Below, piece after piece: positions 8,355 through 17,152 of a stretch of DNA of 64,000 bases. The DNA lies in IMG/VR virus record IMGVR_UViG_3300005719_000002, positions 1 through 64,000 of that record; one strand, 5' to 3'. Both the position numbers and the translations under genes were made by a program. A model generated the notes under the pieces. That model was not told where the DNA came from. It was given only the letters and a program-made list of their open reading frames with translations, and did not search any database. Origin of the DNA: a virus (Duplodnaviria; Caudoviricetes). Each line of letters opens with the position of its first letter. Positions within the stretch are counted from its first letter, which is position 1.

Positions 8355-10363
8355 TGGATCGACTTTCTCAAGCTGAAGCGAACATTACCCGCATCTGGCG
8401 GGAATTGAATGACGTTCAGGCTGGGTTGGCGCAGACACAACCCGCGTCGCTTGGTTCTTCCAATATCAGTCTCCAGCCAATCCCCACCACTACCCTGCCT
8501 TCTGCGGCAAACTCAGTTCGAAACGGAGAACTAAATCATAGTGTCAATACGTGGAATGAGTCGTCGCCTGCGCCAACTGCGGACAAGGGTAAGGAATGTG
8601 CGTGGTGGTTTACGCACGATGCGCCAGCTACGGGGCAAGTGCTGGACGTTACAACGGACGCTCGCGCGAGTTCAACGAATCATACTCTGAAGGCTTACCT
8701 GAACGATGGCGGGGTTCACTCGACTTACAACGGGCTGTACTGCGACTGGGACAGGCAATTAGGCCAAGCACGGCTGACGGGCACCAAAACCCTCGACGCT
8801 CCGCTTCCCAACAACCGCATCGCCGCCCCCAACCGTGCCGGTGTGTACTTTGCCGCATTGGTCGCCTTGCGAAGCTCGCAAATCCGCTTTCAGGACGATA
8901 CCCACATCTTTGCAGGGATTTGGGATGAGGCCGCAAAGGATTGGCTGCGGGGCACGGCCTTTACCGTCTCCGGCACGGTCAGGGGTACACCATCAGGCAC
9001 AGTTGAACGCCGCTACCGAGTGCGGGCGTTTACCGACAGAGGGTATGAATACATCTCGACTGAGCTTGCGATTGCGAATGCGCCAGCCAGCTTCTCCACT
9101 TCAGACGTTCAGCTAACATGGAGGGTTATTCCCGGCATTCTGCGATACGAGGTCTATCGGTTCGATCCCTCAACGGCCACCTACTACCTGCTGGCCGATG
9201 ACGTGATTGGCGGCACGTACATCGACAACGGCAGAACGCTGAAGTCGGTTGCAGGCTACCCATCAGCCACCGATACGGTTCCTAAAGCCTACGTTGCAAC
9301 CACGGCGATGAACCCTTCCGACATTCCGGTTGATGGCTTGCCGTGGACACCACTGCGGCTGAATATTCCCATTCCCAACGACTACGACACTCTGCTGACC
9401 ACTGCCAACCAGGTATTGAGAGTCGGATCGACTAAACCGATGGATCGGGAACTATTGGATGGTTTGGTGTCTGGAACGAGCCTCAGCTCCGCTTCGGGGT
9501 TCACCGCCCTAGATGATCGCCGCACGGTCAGGGTGTTTAACGACTCCCATGAGATGACGCCGACGCAGATAACCTACACCAGCCCTACTACCGCAACGCT
9601 GGACACGGCATGGCCGTTCGGGGCAGATACGGTGAGTATTTACATCTATGAAGGCGGCGATCACGGTCTGCTTCTGGACGCGGCACATCTATCCTACGTT
9701 CCCAACTCCGCTTTCGCTCCTTACCCTGACGATCTAAACCGCGCGCAGAATGGCGGGCAGAACCCCATCGCCGCTCCGAACCATTCCAGTCAAGGCGGTT
9801 CAGGGCAAACCGGCAGTATCGACCCAGACCCCGGCGGCGGGGATATCGGCTGTATTGCGTTGGATTGTCCTGTAACAGTCTGGACAGGCCGGTGGGAAGC
9901 GTGGGCATGGCGAGCGGTGAACATTGGAGACGCAGTGTTCTCCGGTGACTTGATTTCCAATCGGGTACTGCGCAAACACCTCACTAAAACCACAGACCTG
10001 CACGTGCTCCGCGTGCGAGCGCATTGGTTATTCGACATTGAACTTCCCTGTTCGCCTGATCATCCAGTAATTACCGGACGGTTTGACTCACGCGGCAGGA
10101 GAGCGCACGGGTTGAAAGCCGGAGATGAAGTGCTTGTTGGCATCAACGGCAACGTCAAGACCAGAAAAGTTCGGGCGGTTGTTTCTACGGGCAAACCGGC
10201 AGACGTAGGGACGTTTTCGCTTACCCCGCACAGTCTGTACGCCGCTGGGCAGATTAAATTTCGTACCCCGCTACACGAGTTTATTGCTAAGATGCTGGGG
10301 AAGCGCTTCGTTGCCGGTGTGCTTTCGCACAATCGAAAGAACCGCGAAGGCGACATAACGTAG
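8354..10363 (+). CDS. Tail-associated structural protein with C-terminal Hint (intein-like) domain
   Basis: TAATG coupling gives ATG 8354. Hint blocks: G|CIALDCPV (Cys codon 9851), IGDAV, CSPDHPV, LKAGDEVL, V.TFSL.PHSLYAAG, VLSHN (HN codons 10328-10333). Confidence 0.75.
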   Translation: MDRLSQAEANITRIWRELNDVQAGLAQTQPASLGSSNISLQPIPTTTLPSAANSVRNGELNHSVNTWNESSPAPTADKGKECAWWFTHDAPATGQVLDVTTDARASSTNHTLKAYLNDGGVHSTYNGLYCDWDRQLGQARLTGTKTLDAPLPNNRIAAPNRAGVYFAALVALRSSQIRFQDDTHIFAGIWDEAAKDWLRGTAFTVSGTVRGTPSGTVERRYRVRAFTDRGYEYISTELAIANAPASFSTSDVQLTWRVIPGILRYEVYRFDPSTATYYLLADDVIGGTYIDNGRTLKSVAGYPSATDTVPKAYVATTAMNPSDIPVDGLPWTPLRLNIPIPNDYDTLLTTANQVLRVGSTKPMDRELLDGLVSGTSLSSASGFTALDDRRTVRVFNDSHEMTPTQITYTSPTTATLDTAWPFGADTVSIYIYEGGDHGLLLDAAHLSYVPNSAFAPYPDDLNRAQNGGQNPIAAPNHSSQGGSGQTGSIDPDPGGGDIGCIALDCPVTVWTGRWEAWAWRAVNIGDAVFSGDLISNRVLRKHLTKTTDLHVLRVRAHWLFDIELPCSPDHPVITGRFDSRGRRAHGLKAGDEVLVGINGNVKTRKVRAVVSTGKPADVGTFSLTPHSLYAAGQIKFRTPLHEFIAKMLGKRFVAGVLSHNRKNREGDIT

Positions 10364-10373
10364 GAGCTAACCA

Positions 10374-10919
10374 ATGTCCCATAAAGCTAAAGTAGACCCC
10401 GCAGTTCAGCAACAGCAACAAGCGTCTCTTGCAGCAGTGCGCCAACCCAGCGCTGGCGAGCAGTATTTAACCAACGATGCCACAAGCACTTTGGACTACA
10501 TCAAGGCGGGTGACTACACCAAACGTCCGAAGAACCTGTTTTTCAACTTTGCCGACCCTGCGCAGCGCGACCAGAACCGCCGGTTGATGATGAACGCAGG
10601 CGGGCAGGGTGTCTTCGCTTTAGGCTCACCCAGCCCCAACTTGCTCGCCACGCAGAAACAGAACTTAGATGACGAATGGGCGCGCGACTCCGCAGGTCAA
10701 TACGAACAGGACATTTCCAATGCGCAGACGCAAGCGCGAGGAGCGTTGGGTGATGTAGCGGGACTGGCAAACCAGCGTAATCTCGGTGCTCTTGGCGCAA
10801 CCTCAGGCATGTGGGGCCAGTCGCTTCAGGCTGACGCGATGCGTAAACCATGGTGGCAGATACTCATCGAAGGCGCTCAGAGGGGCGCTCAAGCAGCAGC
10901 TATGGGTGCAGGTGGATAA
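10374..10919 (+). CDS. Putative small ejection/pilot protein
   Basis: Q/A/G-rich helical protein with Gly/Ala amphipathic C-terminus ([15 protein letters not shown]), placed after nozzle genes. Confidence 0.5.
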   Translation: MSHKAKVDPAVQQQQQASLAAVRQPSAGEQYLTNDATSTLDYIKAGDYTKRPKNLFFNFADPAQRDQNRRLMMNAGGQGVFALGSPSPNLLATQKQNLDDEWARDSAGQYEQDISNAQTQARGALGDVAGLANQRNLGALGATSGMWGQSLQADAMRKPWWQILIEGAQRGAQAAAMGAGG

Positions 10920-10933
10920 GAGGAGAAACCAGC

Positions 10934-13252
10934 ATTCCCCTAACCGGACAATACCGAAGTTTTTCCCATGACTGGTTCGCGAAGCACCAAACACGGCTGC
11001 TGCGCCTGCTCAACCATCCTCTCTACAAACGATGGTTTCGTTGGGTTCTCTGCATCACTAAAGACGACGCTGGTTACGACCGTGAGATAATCCAACTCCT
11101 GCCTCACGCTTATATCTGCAAGGGTGACGACGGCAAGCTCATAGCCGACTTCCGCACCCATCCGAAGTACGCCAAGCGCATTTTTCACGCATTCAAACCA
11201 GTCTGGTTTGTGATGCACGGTTGGGACAAGATCGCCGACCCGTTAATTCCCGAATGGAGCTTCGCGCATTCTACCCTGACGAAGTATCCCGACACGGGTA
11301 ATCCGGGTGCGACGACTTGCGATGGAGATATTGTCAATAAGGGTAACACCTACTCGACGGTTCACGACAGTTCTACCGGATCGGCTATAGACAACAATGG
11401 CACTTCCTCTATAGACGTTGAAAATTCGCTCACTTCGAAATACAACATCGCCAGAGGTGTTGCAACATTTGACACATCTGCTTTAGGGTCATCTGCGTTT
11501 CTTTCTCAAGCCGACCTCTCAGGCTACGTTACCAGCCATGGAGGATCGTCATCCGACACGATAGATATCGTTTCATGGTCAGGCGGTGCGAACCAGTACA
11601 GTGTTTCTGATTACGGTTTGTTTGGTTCAACCGTCTTCGGGCAGTCGAATCCTATTCTGGGATTCGTTGATAATGCTTACAAAGACATTCCAATCAACCT
11701 CGTTACAGCGGCAGGTTACATTCAACTCAATGGTGTTACGAAGTTTGGTTGGCGCACGGATGGTGATGTAAACAGTGCGGCTCCCACAACCGACCAAGAT
11801 TTTTGTATTTTCTCCGCAGCGGAAGTTAGCGGCACCTCCCAAGACCCGAAGCTGGTCATTACCTACACGCTGTCCTCGCCCAGTGCGTCCATTTCCCCTT
11901 CAGCGTCTCGTTCACCGTCTGCTTCGGCTTCCGCGTCAATTAGTCCGTCGGCTTCCACCAGTCCATCGGCTTCCGCGTCGCCGTCACTAAGCCCATCGGC
12001 CAGTATCTCGCCCTCGGCTTCAGTAAGTGCGAGCACGTCGCCATCGTCTTCCCGCTCGCCCAGCGCCAGTATCAGTGCAAGTACTTCTCCGAGTCCGAGT
12101 ATTTCGCCTTCGGCCAGCACCTCCCCGTCGGCGTCCGCTTCGGCATCAACGTCCCCCAGCGCGTCACGCAGCCCCTCGGCTTCGGCTTCACCATCGCTCT
12201 CGCCATCAGGCAGCGTATCGCCCAGCGCCTCGGCAAGTGCATCAGTGTCGCCCAGCGCTTCGATCAGTTCATCGGCATCGCTTAGCCCGTCCGCATCGGC
12301 AAGTTTGTCGGTAAGCCCAAGCGCGAGTTTATCGCCCAGTGCGTCACTGTCCCCGTCAGCTTCGATTAGTCTATCAACCAGCCCGTCGCTCAGTCCCAGC
12401 GCGTCCTTAAGCCCGTCAGCCAGTGTCTCAGCCTCGGTGAGTCCCAGCGCGAGCATGTCGCCGTCTACTTCGTTGTCCCCAAGCGCTTCATTGTCACCGA
12501 GTGCGTCATCGTCTCCGTCGCTGTCGCCGTCGTCCAGCGTGAGTGCCAGTGTTAGTCCGTCAGGCTCACTGTCGCCCTCAGCAAGTGTGTCACTGTCTCT
12601 ATCGCCCAGCGGATCGGTCAGTGCCAGTATTTCGCCGTCAGATAGCCAGTCACCTTCAGCTTCAGTTTCGCTGTCCGTTTCACCAAGCAGTTCGGTTAGC
12701 CTCTCGATTTCCGGCTCGGTATCGCCCAGCGCGAGTGTGAGTTCATCGCTAAGCCCCAGCGAGTCGGCGTCCGCCACTGCCAGTCCCAGTGCATCCAGTT
12801 CGCCATCAATGTCACCCTCAGCGAGCCGTTCGCCATCGGCCTCAGCATCGCCTTCCCCCGATCCGGGCGATCAGGGCGTGTCAATTTCGAGCTTTAGAAT
12901 TCCGTACTACCAGCGAGCAGGTGAGAAAGCCTACGTGGACATTTACTTCACCAAACCATTCAGAGACGTGGACAGCAACTATATTCCGGGCGGTGGCGGA
13001 GCCAAGCGTTCTCCGTTCTACAAGCGACTAACGTGCGCAGTAAATAAGTTCACCCATATTATCACTGTGCCTCAGTTCAACATTCCCTGCACTACTACCG
13101 GATCGGACACGGCTGTCAGGGCAGTGTTTATTTTGAGAGATTCAACCTTCAGTTTTGTGCGATACTTAAACCACTCTAAAGGCGCGTATTGGGTCGTGCC
13201 TGATACGGTGACCAGCTGGCAAGGGCTGATGCAATACAATGACACCCACTAA
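10934..13252 (+). CDS. Virion decoration/fibre protein with long central SPSAS tract; probable ATT start
   Basis: AGGAG 10921-10925 then in-frame ATT 10934. Basic/aromatic N-terminal domain, beta-rich domain, about 330 aa SPSAS tract, C-terminal domain. Confidence 0.75.
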   Translation: MPLTGQYRSFSHDWFAKHQTRLLRLLNHPLYKRWFRWVLCITKDDAGYDREIIQLLPHAYICKGDDGKLIADFRTHPKYAKRIFHAFKPVWFVMHGWDKIADPLIPEWSFAHSTLTKYPDTGNPGATTCDGDIVNKGNTYSTVHDSSTGSAIDNNGTSSIDVENSLTSKYNIARGVATFDTSALGSSAFLSQADLSGYVTSHGGSSSDTIDIVSWSGGANQYSVSDYGLFGSTVFGQSNPILGFVDNAYKDIPINLVTAAGYIQLNGVTKFGWRTDGDVNSAAPTTDQDFCIFSAAEVSGTSQDPKLVITYTLSSPSASISPSASRSPSASASASISPSASTSPSASASPSLSPSASISPSASVSASTSPSSSRSPSASISASTSPSPSISPSASTSPSASASASTSPSASRSPSASASPSLSPSGSVSPSASASASVSPSASISSSASLSPSASASLSVSPSASLSPSASLSPSASISLSTSPSLSPSASLSPSASVSASVSPSASMSPSTSLSPSASLSPSASSSPSLSPSSSVSASVSPSGSLSPSASVSLSLSPSGSVSASISPSDSQSPSASVSLSVSPSSSVSLSISGSVSPSASVSSSLSPSESASATASPSASSSPSMSPSASRSPSASASPSPDPGDQGVSISSFRIPYYQRAGEKAYVDIYFTKPFRDVDSNYIPGGGGAKRSPFYKRLTCAVNKFTHIITVPQFNIPCTTTGSDTAVRAVFILRDSTFSFVRYLNHSKGAYWVVPDTVTSWQGLMQYNDTH
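11874..12860 (+). repeat. SPSAS-coding repeat tract 2
   Basis: Protein-level tandem repeat of about 330 codons. Confidence 0.9.
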
Positions 13253-13263
13253 GGAGAAATGAA

Positions 13264-13719
13264 ATGGGTAGAAAGTACGCTGTTACAGGGGGTGACACCA
13301 ATACCGCCAACACGACCATGCTTGGCATCAACGCCAAGTCGTCGTCACCAACGGTACGTGCTCACCTTTACGATTTCGTGTTCAGTTCCGTGGCGTCCCC
13401 GAACGATTACCCGTGGGAGCTTAACCTGCAACGCATTACGGATGCGGGTACGTCTACCGGCGTGACGCCGCAAGCTCTGGACTCCGCCGATGGCGCGGCT
13501 GAGTGTACGGCGGGCAAGGCGCATTCCGCTGAACCTACTTACACAGCCAGTGCCGTCCTGCTCGATCTGGCGATCAACCTGCGCAGTACGTTTCGCTTTG
13601 CGTGTGTGCCGGGATCGGAATTTATCATTCCCGCCACCGCATCGAATGGGCTGGCAGTCAGGTCGATCACAGCAGCAAATGCGTTTACGATTTTAGCCAC
13701 GATTCTTTACGAAGAATAA
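13264..13719 (+). CDS. Small beta-rich virion structural protein
   Basis: AAGGAG SD; T/A/S-rich beta-sandwich-like sequence. Confidence 0.7.
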   Translation: MGRKYAVTGGDTNTANTTMLGINAKSSSPTVRAHLYDFVFSSVASPNDYPWELNLQRITDAGTSTGVTPQALDSADGAAECTAGKAHSAEPTYTASAVLLDLAINLRSTFRFACVPGSEFIIPATASNGLAVRSITAANAFTILATILYEE

Positions 13720-13736
13720 CTACTTGGAGGTAGGTA

Positions 13737-14009
13737 ATGCCGGAATACAATGGGCTACTACTACCATCCGAGCCTGCCTATGAACGCAAACCCGCTGGTG
13801 TGATCATCGTTGACGGGCAGGACATAGCTTCTACGGTGCAGTGTTGCCACTGCAACTGCCACTTCATTTCAGTTAAAGGCTCAGGACAAACGCGCGGGTT
13901 CTGCACGTTGTGCATGGCGCGCACTTGCGGCAAGCCGGAGTGTGATGTCTGTACGCCCTTTGAGAAGAAGATTGCCGATTATGAACGTGGAAAACGAGTA
14001 GGCTTGTAA
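13737..14009 (+). CDS. Small Cys-rich (Zn-binding) protein
   Basis: CCHCNCH, CTLC, C..PECDVC motifs; GGAGGT SD. Confidence 0.75.
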   Translation: MPEYNGLLLPSEPAYERKPAGVIIVDGQDIASTVQCCHCNCHFISVKGSGQTRGFCTLCMARTCGKPECDVCTPFEKKIADYERGKRVGL

Positions 14010-14807
14010 ATGTTTCAACGTATCAGAGCGGGAGTATCGCAAACGGGAGAAGGTTTTGTCGTCCCCAGCCCCGGCTCGCCTTCGCTTTCACCCTCAGCGA
14101 GTCTCAGCCCTTCAGCCAGCGCCAGCGCGTCTCTTTCACCTTCAGCCAGCCGCTCACCTTCAGCCAGTGTGTCACCGTCAGGCGGGGCGTTGCGCGGCAT
14201 TGTGTTCAACGGCACAAACCAGAATGCTTACCGCTCGCTCTCCGGCTCGCCGTGGAGTTCGATGGGTGCATTCAAAACCATCTTTCGGATGCGCAGCCTG
14301 ACAACTTCAGGTGCGCGCATTTTCCAACTGGGACAGGAGAGTGCTGGTGACGGATTCAAGCTCTCTGAGAATAGCGGACGGTTGGACTTTGTGGAGACGC
14401 GCGAGTCTGCCCAGATTTTCCATACCCCCACCGACCTGACCAACATGGTCGTTAAGGTGCAGTTCGATCCGGCGAACACCCGGTGGACATACGAATCATG
14501 GAAATCGGATGGAACAGGTTACGTTTCCGGCACGGTGGCGATGACCGACGCGAGTAACTACAACATTGACAGCTTCTCGTGCGGCGCGAGCGTCTTTAAC
14601 GCATTCAACGGGGACGCGCACTTTGACTGGGTGGGTATTCAGTCGGGTGTTGATGCGTTAGGGTCGGGCAATTTCCCCGGTGCTGAACCCCCGGCAGGCA
14701 CCTATCTCGCCCTGTGGAAGTTTGACGCTGACGACGGCACCGACTCGTCAGGAAACAGTTTGACGCTTACGTTGCATAATTCACCAACATTTGAGAACAC
14801 ACCATAA
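14010..14807 (+). CDS. LamG/concanavalin-A-like virion protein with N-terminal SPSAS tract
   Basis: SPSAS tract then GIVFNGTNQ... and LWKFDADDGTDSSGNSLTLT, typical LamG terminal strands. Confidence 0.65.
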   Translation: MFQRIRAGVSQTGEGFVVPSPGSPSLSPSASLSPSASASASLSPSASRSPSASVSPSGGALRGIVFNGTNQNAYRSLSGSPWSSMGAFKTIFRMRSLTTSGARIFQLGQESAGDGFKLSENSGRLDFVETRESAQIFHTPTDLTNMVVKVQFDPANTRWTYESWKSDGTGYVSGTVAMTDASNYNIDSFSCGASVFNAFNGDAHFDWVGIQSGVDALGSGNFPGAEPPAGTYLALWKFDADDGTDSSGNSLTLTLHNSPTFENTP

Positions 14808-14810
14808 ATC

Positions 14811-16835
14811 ATGCCATCCCCAAACCCACCAACAAATCTGGTCTGCACCAACGGCGGCGCAAACGATATTGTTTTGGCATGGACGGATAACTCGTCCGAT
14901 GAAACAGGGTTCAGGATTGAGCGCAAGCTGGGTGTCAGTGGATCGTATTCGGAAATCGACACGGTAGGTGCAAACGTTACCGGCTACGTTGACACGTCTT
15001 CCAAGACAGCCAACCGTCCGTATATCTACCGCGTGCGCGCTTATAACGGTTCCGGCAATTCGGCCTACTCAAATGAAGACGACGCCACCACGCCCTATGC
15101 GGGTACGGTTCCCAACTACAAGACCGACACCGCGAACTACGTAGACGTTGAGAAGACCATCACCGATGCAACGAACGCGACCCCGATTGTCATCACCACC
15201 AGCACGACGCACGGCCTCTCCACAGGCGATCTGATTCGCATATCAAAGGTTCTGGGTAACGATGCGGCCAATGGGCTGTGGCGCGTTACGGTGCTGAGCA
15301 CCACCACGTTTAGTCTCGACAACAGTGTCGGCACTGGCGCGTTCAGTTCCAGTCCGGCAGCGCGGGTATTTGCCAACTTCCCTGTGCCTCTACCGTTGGC
15401 TGGCGGGAAGTTCTACGACGAAATGTTCGGTACACAGGTAATGCGGTTTACGGACGAGTCGGACGGGGATTATTTCGGCACGGCTTACTCAGTATGGCCG
15501 ACATTCAACTGCGACAACACGCGGGTCTATTTGCAATCAGGGGGTGGTTGGGCATTAGGTGAATTCAACCCAACGACCTTCCGCCGCTCTGGAGCGCTTC
15601 ACTCAATCCCGAATGCACCGTTTACCAACTATGCCCACTACGAGTCAGCCTTCTGGAGTTTTACCGATCCCAATAAATTGTTCATTCTGGTTGATGCCAA
15701 AATCTACTACTACAGCCCCTTAACCGACACCTACACGCTCGTCAAGGACTTGCAGAGCTACTTCGGAGCGGGGTGGTTTTTCAATCAGCTTTATGTGAGC
15801 AGCAATGACAATCGTTTTGGGTTCAACACATGGAACGGGTCAGGTAATCAGGGCTTTGCGGTGTATGAACTGTCCACCGACACTCTGAAACTCGACGTGC
15901 GCAACACCGATGTCAACGGCATCACGATGGACAAGTCCGGCCAGTATGTGTTGTTTGTTACCGACTCTCTTGGTTATTACACCCAGTACATCTACTCCGT
16001 GGACGCTGGAACCTTTGAGACTCTTATCTCAGACGTGAACACCGGACTGCCGGATTTTGGCATAGGGCACAACGATGCCGGTCAGAGCGTGATTGTGGGA
16101 GCGGATCAATGGAATGGTGGGTTTAGTTTCCGTAACATGGGTACGCCACACACGGTGAGCCACCCATTCACCTACGCCCCCTACTGGTTTAATTTTCACC
16201 TCTCAATGCGTGCTGATAACGATGAGTGGGTGCTGGTCGGCACCTACGGCGATACTGGCGTGTCCGCCGCACCGCCGAAGTATTATCAGGAGCTTTTCCA
16301 GACAAACAACACAAACGGTTCCCTCAGGCGGCTGGTTCACGGTAATTCCAACTATCAAGCCAACGTGTTCCTTTGTCCCACCTGTCCGGTAACTGTGACG
16401 GGTGCGACCAACGCAACGCCTATAGTTATTGCTACCTCCGGCCCGCATCGGATGCTGACAGGGATGCGCCCGCAGATTTCCGGCATTGGCGGGAACACAG
16501 CAGCGAATGGCACGTGGACAGCGACGGTCATTGATGCGACACACTTTAGTTTAGACGGCAGCACTGGCAACGGGGCTTACACATCCGGTGGGCAGGTTTA
16601 CGCGGAGATGTACTGGGACACGCCGCGTGCGAACATGAGCCGTGATGGTAAGTTTATCGCGTGGACTTCCAACTGGAACGGAGTTCCCGGTGGTGGGCGC
16701 AGGGACTTGTTCATCGCGCAGGTTGATCCGGTCAACCCGTCCGCGTCCCCTAGCCCATCGGCGTCGCTTAGTCCTTCAGCGTCCGCGTCACCGTCGGCAG
16801 GCAGTAGTTTGAAGTTGATTGCTTTGTGTGGCTAG
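14811..16835 (+). CDS. Putative receptor-binding protein: FN3 + two TNATPIV beta modules + beta-propeller + SPSAS tail
   Basis: FN3 motif LAWTDNSSDETGFRIER...YIYRVRAYN...SAYSNE; duplicated TNATPIVI..H....G....ISxVxGNxAANG.W modules; propeller-like ANMSRDGKFIAWTSNW. Confidence 0.7.
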   Translation: MPSPNPPTNLVCTNGGANDIVLAWTDNSSDETGFRIERKLGVSGSYSEIDTVGANVTGYVDTSSKTANRPYIYRVRAYNGSGNSAYSNEDDATTPYAGTVPNYKTDTANYVDVEKTITDATNATPIVITTSTTHGLSTGDLIRISKVLGNDAANGLWRVTVLSTTTFSLDNSVGTGAFSSSPAARVFANFPVPLPLAGGKFYDEMFGTQVMRFTDESDGDYFGTAYSVWPTFNCDNTRVYLQSGGGWALGEFNPTTFRRSGALHSIPNAPFTNYAHYESAFWSFTDPNKLFILVDAKIYYYSPLTDTYTLVKDLQSYFGAGWFFNQLYVSSNDNRFGFNTWNGSGNQGFAVYELSTDTLKLDVRNTDVNGITMDKSGQYVLFVTDSLGYYTQYIYSVDAGTFETLISDVNTGLPDFGIGHNDAGQSVIVGADQWNGGFSFRNMGTPHTVSHPFTYAPYWFNFHLSMRADNDEWVLVGTYGDTGVSAAPPKYYQELFQTNNTNGSLRRLVHGNSNYQANVFLCPTCPVTVTGATNATPIVIATSGPHRMLTGMRPQISGIGGNTAANGTWTATVIDATHFSLDGSTGNGAYTSGGQVYAEMYWDTPRANMSRDGKFIAWTSNWNGVPGGGRRDLFIAQVDPVNPSASPSPSASLSPSASASPSAGSSLKLIALCG

Positions 16836-16837
16836 AA

Positions 16838-17080
16838 ATGCAACGCAAACCGCATGGAAGGTCGATAACGCTTATCGCAACCCTAACACCACCGAAGGTT
16901 GCCAGTCTAACCTTTACGCTGACCCGTCCAGATCGCAGCAAGTCGTCTCAGATGGCATCCACGGACGGGGCGGGGAAGGCCAGTGTGAGTTTTCAGTTGC
17001 GTCCTAAAGACCCGACGGCCACATATCAATGCAGCGTGGCAGGGGCAGGAGCAAGCGATTCGACTTCGATAATTTGCTGA
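16838..17080 (+). CDS. Small Ig-like beta protein
   Basis: ATG 16838 after TAG; T(D)GAGKASVSFQL pattern. Confidence 0.55.
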   Translation: MQRKPHGRSITLIATLTPPKVASLTFTLTRPDRSKSSQMASTDGAGKASVSFQLRPKDPTATYQCSVAGAGASDSTSIIC

Positions 17081-17109
17081 CGCCGTAGCGTACTGAGATA
17101 GAGATGGTT

Positions 17110-17146
17110 AGCCGAGCCGGGACATACGAACTCGGCTCGGTTTTTT
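17110..17146 (+). terminator. Intrinsic terminator-like hairpin
   Basis: CCGAGCCG(GG)-9 nt loop-(CT)CGGCTCGG followed by T6. Confidence 0.7.
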
Positions 17147-17152
17147 CATAAA

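Noticed and set aside
9851-10333. Canonical splicing intein or homing element
   Set aside because: No endonuclease domain, no C/S/T after the terminal Asn, and only a 9 aa C-extein
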